Positions 7,606 to 11,706 of a stretch of DNA of 11,706 bases are shown one piece after another. Position numbers and translations under genes: made by a program. Position 1 is the first letter of the stretch; the number at the start of each line of letters is the position of its first letter. Where the stretch lies: positions 1 through 11,706 of the forward strand of contig CAZLRN010000107.1 of assembly GCA_964561715.1 (NCBI GenBank), written 5' to 3'. Source of the DNA: an uncultured Spirochaetales bacterium. GTDB taxonomy: Bacteria > Spirochaetota > Spirochaetia > SZUA-6 > CAZLRN01. The notes beneath the pieces were generated by a model. It made no database searches and was not told the DNA's origin. It saw nothing but the letters and a program-made list of their open reading frames with translations.

Positions 7606-9069
7606 ATGGAAACCGTATTTGAACGAGTCTATACCGTTAACGGTGAGAAGGATTACATTCCCATAACCGAGATCCTGCAGATCATCAAAGAGAAGCATAT
7701 CGAGTTTCTCGATCTCAAGTTTACCGATCTCTTCGGTCGATTCCAGCACTACACCCTCACGGCCGATCGGGGGGACGAAGACCTCTTCTCCGTGGGTACA
7801 GGCTTCGATGGATCATCGATCAGGGGATTCCAGGCGATCAATGAGAGTGATATGCTCATGCGTCCTGATCCCTCGACAGCTTTTATCGATCCCTTTTTTG
7901 ACAACCGGACTTTGAGTTTCCTCTGTGACATCATTGATCCGGTCAAACGGGAGCGTTACAAAAAAGATCCGAGGTATGTTGGGCAACGAACGATCGATTA
8001 CCTTCAAAGCACCGGAATCGCCGAAACGGCCTACTTCCGTCCGGAGCCAGAGTTTTTCATATTCGACCACGTGAAATACGAGCAGACCTACAACCGGGCT
8101 ATGTACGAGGTGGATTCTGCAGAGGCCTTTTGGAATGCGGGAAAGGACGGCGAAAACTTAGGATACAAGATTCCCTTCAAAGGGGGATACTTTCCCACCG
8201 CTCCGCATGATCAGCATCACAACCTGCGATCAAAGATGGTCGAGGTCCTCAGAAGCTGTGGAATCGCGGTTAACCTTCACCACCACGAGGTGGCGACAGC
8301 AGGTCAGACTGAGATAGGCTTCGAGGTCGCCGATCTCGTGCGTCAGGCTGATACACTAATGCACTACAAATACATCATCAAGAATGTAGCCAGGCGCTAT
8401 GGGAAAACTGTCACCTTTATGCCCAAACCGATTTTCATGGACAACGGTTCTGGCATGCACACCCACATAAGCCTGTGGAGAGGGGGAAAGAACGCCTTCT
8501 ACGAATTTGGCCGCTACGCCGATTTGAGCGATGAAGCGCTGTATTTTATCGGTGGCATTTTCGAACACATCGATGCCGTGCTGGCCTTTTCAGCGCCTAT
8601 CACTAATTCGTATAGGCGGCTGGTTCCGGGGTACGAAGCACCTATCAACCTCGTTTACTCAGCCAGAAACCGATCGGCTGCGGTTCGTATTCCTATGTAC
8701 AGCCAGAGCGAGAAGGCCAAGAGAATCGAATTCAGATGCCCCGATGCCTCCTGTAATCCCTATCTCGCCTTTTCGGCCATGGTGATGGCAGGAATCGATG
8801 GAATTAACAGGAGGATCGAGCCGCCGCCGCCTATCGATGAGGATATCTACGAGCTCTCTCCCGAGGAGAAGTCCCATATCCGTTCAACCCCCGGAAGTCT
8901 CAAGGAGGTAATCGACGGTCTCGAAAGAGACAATAGCTTCCTTCTCGAGGGAAACGTTTTCTCGGAAGATCTCATCGAAAGCTACATCGAATACAAAAGA
9001 ACCAACGAAATCGATCAGGTGGCATTGAGACCTCATCCCTGGGAGTACTCCCTCTACTTCGAGATATAG
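7606..9069 (+). CDS. glnA: glutamine synthetase type I (GSI-beta)
   Basis: 487 aa, colinear with E. coli GlnA (KFTDLFGRFQH, GSSIRGFQAINESDM, KGGYFP, HHHEVATAGQTEI, MPKPIFMDNGSGMHTHISL, NSYRRLVPGYEAP, SARNRSAAVRIP). The approx 25-aa GSI-beta insertion is present. The adenylylation-site Tyr is conserved in DEDIYELSPEE. It starts 11 bp after the flotillin stop. Confidence 0.95.
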   Translation: METVFERVYTVNGEKDYIPITEILQIIKEKHIEFLDLKFTDLFGRFQHYTLTADRGDEDLFSVGTGFDGSSIRGFQAINESDMLMRPDPSTAFIDPFFDNRTLSFLCDIIDPVKRERYKKDPRYVGQRTIDYLQSTGIAETAYFRPEPEFFIFDHVKYEQTYNRAMYEVDSAEAFWNAGKDGENLGYKIPFKGGYFPTAPHDQHHNLRSKMVEVLRSCGIAVNLHHHEVATAGQTEIGFEVADLVRQADTLMHYKYIIKNVARRYGKTVTFMPKPIFMDNGSGMHTHISLWRGGKNAFYEFGRYADLSDEALYFIGGIFEHIDAVLAFSAPITNSYRRLVPGYEAPINLVYSARNRSAAVRIPMYSQSEKAKRIEFRCPDASCNPYLAFSAMVMAGIDGINRRIEPPPPIDEDIYELSPEEKSHIRSTPGSLKEVIDGLERDNSFLLEGNVFSEDLIESYIEYKRTNEIDQVALRPHPWEYSLYFEI

Positions 9070-9103
9070 AGCTCGATATATCGATCAGCCAAGGAGATAG
9101 AAT

Positions 9104-10549
9104 ATGAAGCTGCTGAAGATTCTTACTGTTGCATCGCTAATTATCAGTCTATTTAGCTCCGGCGCTTTGTTTGCTCAGAGCGCAGGAGGCGCTGCAGACA
9201 CCAAGGCTCTCTTATCGAAGATAGAGGAGTTGAGCAGCCAGATCGCATGGAACCAGGTCGTGGCAGATACAATATGGGTCATCTTCGCCGGGGTGCTCGT
9301 CTTTTTTATGAATTTGGGATTCGGCATGGTGGAAGCCGGATTGCAGCAAGCTAAGAACTCGGTAAACATCTCCGCCAAAAATTTTATCGTTTTTGGAATT
9401 GCCTCATTGGCCTTCTGGTTCCTCGGCTGGGGACTCATGTTTGGAGATGGAAACGGTTTTCTTGGATTCCAGGGGCTGCTGATGATCGGCGGCGCTGACA
9501 ATAGCCCGGCCATGGGAGAGGCTTACTCGGGTGCCTACAGCGCCATTGGTTGGGCCGGTGTGCCTCTCTATGCTAAGTTCTTTTTTCAGCTTGTCTTTGC
9601 GGCTACGGCGGCTACAATCGTATCCGGATCCGTAGGAGGACGCATAAGGTTCGGTGCCTATATCGTCTTCTCGTTTGTTCTGGTCGGTGTGATGTACCCC
9701 ATAACCGGCCATTGGATATGGGGCGGCGGCTGGCTGGCCGCAAGAGGATTCTGGGACTTTGCCGGCTCCACGGTGGTACACTCTGTGGGAGGATGGGCGG
9801 GCCTGGCCGGCGCGATCGTTCTGGGACCACGTATCGGGAAGTTCAATCCCGATAAATCCGTCAATCCCATTCCCGGCCACAGCATGACGCTGGCGACCCT
9901 TGGTGTATTTGTTCTCTGGTTCGGATGGTTTGGATTTAATCCTGGATCCACCATGGCTGCCGTACCCGAGGACATTTCCAGGATTGCTGTCACCACAAAC
10001 CTCGCCGCTGCAGCTGGTGCCGTAGCGGCAACCATTGCTGCCTGGATTGCATTGGGAAAGCCGGATCTATCAATGATTCTCAATGGCTCGCTTGCTGGTC
10101 TTGTGGCCATTACCGCGCCATGTGCATGGGTAAGCCCAGGGGCGTCGATTATTATTGGAGCTGTTGGAGGGATTCTGGTTGTTATCTTCGTTATCGAGTT
10201 CGACCACTGGGGCATCGATGATCCGGTCGGTGCGACTTCCGTTCATCTGGTCAACGGGATCTGGGGCACACTTGCCGTTGGTCTATTTGCAGCTCCACCA
10301 TGGGCTGGTGGAGAAGGTCAACCTCCAGTAGGGCTCTTCTTCGGTGGAGGAATTAGCAGCTTTGCAGATCAGGTCGTCGGGGTCGTTACAGTCGGCGTGT
10401 TCACGTTCAGCTTGAGCTGGGTCGTCTGGACCATTGTCAAATCTACAATGGGAATCAGGGTTCAGCGCGATGAGGAGCTCCGTGGACTGGACATTTCGGA
10501 GCACGGTATGGAGGGCTACCCGGATTTTGAATCCTACACTCTGAAGTAG
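9104..10549 (+). CDS. amt: ammonium transporter Amt/AmtB with N-terminal signal peptide
   Basis: 481 aa with an AAGGAG RBS. Signal peptide MKLLKILTVASLIISLFSSGALFA, then 11 TM helices with Amt motifs (DTIWVIFAGVLVFFMNLGFGMVEAG, VVHSVGGWAGLAGAIVLGPRIGKF, GFNPGS). Confidence 0.95.
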   Translation: MKLLKILTVASLIISLFSSGALFAQSAGGAADTKALLSKIEELSSQIAWNQVVADTIWVIFAGVLVFFMNLGFGMVEAGLQQAKNSVNISAKNFIVFGIASLAFWFLGWGLMFGDGNGFLGFQGLLMIGGADNSPAMGEAYSGAYSAIGWAGVPLYAKFFFQLVFAATAATIVSGSVGGRIRFGAYIVFSFVLVGVMYPITGHWIWGGGWLAARGFWDFAGSTVVHSVGGWAGLAGAIVLGPRIGKFNPDKSVNPIPGHSMTLATLGVFVLWFGWFGFNPGSTMAAVPEDISRIAVTTNLAAAAGAVAATIAAWIALGKPDLSMILNGSLAGLVAITAPCAWVSPGASIIIGAVGGILVVIFVIEFDHWGIDDPVGATSVHLVNGIWGTLAVGLFAAPPWAGGEGQPPVGLFFGGGISSFADQVVGVVTVGVFTFSLSWVVWTIVKSTMGIRVQRDEELRGLDISEHGMEGYPDFESYTLK

Positions 10550-10555
10550 CCGCAG

Positions 10556-10631
10556 AAGATGTGATTGGGTTGCACATTACTCGAGATGCAACCAAGATGT
10601 GATTGGGTTGCACATTACTCGAGATGCAACC
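10556..10631. repeat. perfect 2 x 38 bp tandem direct repeat, each unit holding a 7-bp inverted repeat GGTTGCA-N12-TGCAACC
   Basis: Units 10556-10593 and 10594-10631 are identical (aagatgtgattgggttgcacattactcgagatgcaacc). The half-sites GGTTGCA/TGCAACC recur with 19-bp periodicity, giving four half-sites in alternating orientation. It lies in the convergent gap between the amt and aor stops. Confidence 0.85.
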
Positions 10632-10678
10632 GAAATTTGAGCGAGGCGGCAGAGCGTCGCGGTGTATCAGCCAGAAGA

Positions 10679-11706
10679 TCAGCCAGAAGCTTTGCTCGCG
10701 GCAGTCATCATCTTCTCGTGTACGCCCTGTAGGCTGAGCTCGTCGAGACGCCGTTTCGTGGGCTGTCCCGTTTTCACATCCCAGCCGTGCAGGCTGTAGA
10801 ACTCGTCGAGCACGGGCTTGAACTGCGCTCTGTCGAGGCCGCAGCGTTCCTCAAGCAACGGATTCGCAAAGCTTTCGGGCTGCTCGAAGTAGGGCAGCAC
10901 CGACTCGTCCATAGTGCGATTGCGGTTCCAGTGGCGAACCTGAAGAGCCCTCTCGATGGTGTACACCCGTGCGGCAGCCTGCTCGAACTCGTCCCGGCTC
11001 CATTCCGTTCCCGTTCCCAATCTAAACAGGTGGTAATCGGCTTCGTGGCCTTCGAATTCGCGGCCCTCGCCGTCGTTCAGCACGATCCGATAATCCGCCG
11101 CTTTCTTGTCCAGCAAAAGCGGGAATACAAGGTCGTCAGCGGGCAGGCAGTCTTTGATAATGGGGCGCAGGGTGTGAAAGTATCCCACCTTCGCTTTATC
11201 CTTGTAGCCGCTGTAGGGATCCATCGCCGCTTCGGTCCCGTACACTCTCTTGCCAAATGCATGCGCCGCTGCAAGCAGTTCTTCCCTTTCCCCAGCGCTT
11301 TCCGTCAGGGCCATCTGCTCTGCAAAAAAGCGTCCCCGAATAGACCCATGTCCGGTTGAAAAGGGATCGCGGGTGTCGACCATCCACTGCAGAACCGATG
11401 ATATCCAGAATGGAAAGGAATACGGGCTGCCGGCTCGGCCATCCCAGTGCCCTGCGTGCCCCCAACCCGCGTAATGCTTTCGCGCGTGCCCCACCTCCAT
11501 GTCGAGGTCGAGAGCGGCCTGCCAGCCTCCCTTGGCGAGGATGTCCCCCATGCCCTCACGGTACGTAACTGCGTGAAGAAACTTGTCCCAAAACTCAGGG
11601 GAGCTAAAGTTGATGGGTGTCCCATTGAGCTCAGATATAAGGCCGGACCTCTGACAGGCAATCAGCCAGGGAACGAGGCCTTCTATAATATCGAACTCGT
11701 TCAAAC
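10679..11706 (-). CDS. aor: aldehyde:ferredoxin oxidoreductase (tungsten AOR family), C-terminal domains; 5' end beyond window
   Basis: The minus-strand frame is open to the window edge, so the listed TTG start is an artefact. The C-terminal region EFYSLHGWDVKTGQPTKRRLDELSL, and the overall alpha-helical domain pattern (AFOR_C), match the AOR family. Confidence 0.8.
   Translation of the reverse strand, partial: LNEFDIIEGLVPWLIACQRSGLISELNGTPINFSSPEFWDKFLHAVTYREGMGDILAKGGWQAALDLDMEVGHARKHYAGWGHAGHWDGRAGSPYSFPFWISSVLQWMVDTRDPFSTGHGSIRGRFFAEQMALTESAGEREELLAAAHAFGKRVYGTEAAMDPYSGYKDKAKVGYFHTLRPIIKDCLPADDLVFPLLLDKKAADYRIVLNDGEGREFEGHEADYHLFRLGTGTEWSRDEFEQAAARVYTIERALQVRHWNRNRTMDESVLPYFEQPESFANPLLEERCGLDRAQFKPVLDEFYSLHGWDVKTGQPTKRRLDELSLQGVHEKMMTAASKASG

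Noticed and set aside
9658-10215. 185-aa minus-strand ORF inside amt, and similar long antisense or out-of-frame ORFs (1186..1683+, 1946..2464+, 4905..5420-, 10787..11359+, 3838..4218-, 7147..7749-)
   Set aside because: They lie fully within well-supported genes on the opposite strand or in another frame, have low-complexity Pro/Arg/Ala-rich composition typical of GC-rich shadow frames, and have no RBS.
10556-10631. Possible CRISPR array or sigma-54 site in the 38-bp tandem repeat
   Set aside because: There are only two contiguous identical units with no spacers, so it is not CRISPR. TTGCAC lacks the invariant GG and has no correctly spaced TTGC, so it is not a sigma-54 promoter.

Overview
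This 11.7 kb bacterial window (moderately high GC) splits into two functional halves. Read left to right, the left half (1-5603) holds four minus-strand genes: a signal-peptide-less Cys-type sulfatase (3' end off-window), a cupin, a PrsW-family intramembrane protease fused to a TPR domain, and a small 3-TM holin-like protein. It continues with a plus-strand MFS transporter broken by a frameshift plus a roughly 40-aa internal deletion, and a cytoplasmic PD40/TolB-like beta-propeller protein. The right half is a compact plus-strand nitrogen-assimilation cluster: PII (GlnB/GlnK family), a flotillin/SPFH protein, glutamine synthetase GSI-beta (glnA) and the ammonium transporter Amt. It is preceded by a well-spaced sigma-54 promoter (TGGCAT-N5-TTGCT) and three copies of a GACATTTATGT element in enhancer position. 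Amt is convergent with the 3' part of a tungsten-type aldehyde:ferredoxin oxidoreductase gene that runs off the window end. The convergent gap contains a perfect 2 x 38 bp tandem repeat with internal 7-bp inverted repeats. The most unusual observation is a full-length flotillin between PII and glnA/amt, apparently co-transcribed from the sigma-54 promoter. No CRISPR array, rRNA, tRNA or obvious mobile element was seen.
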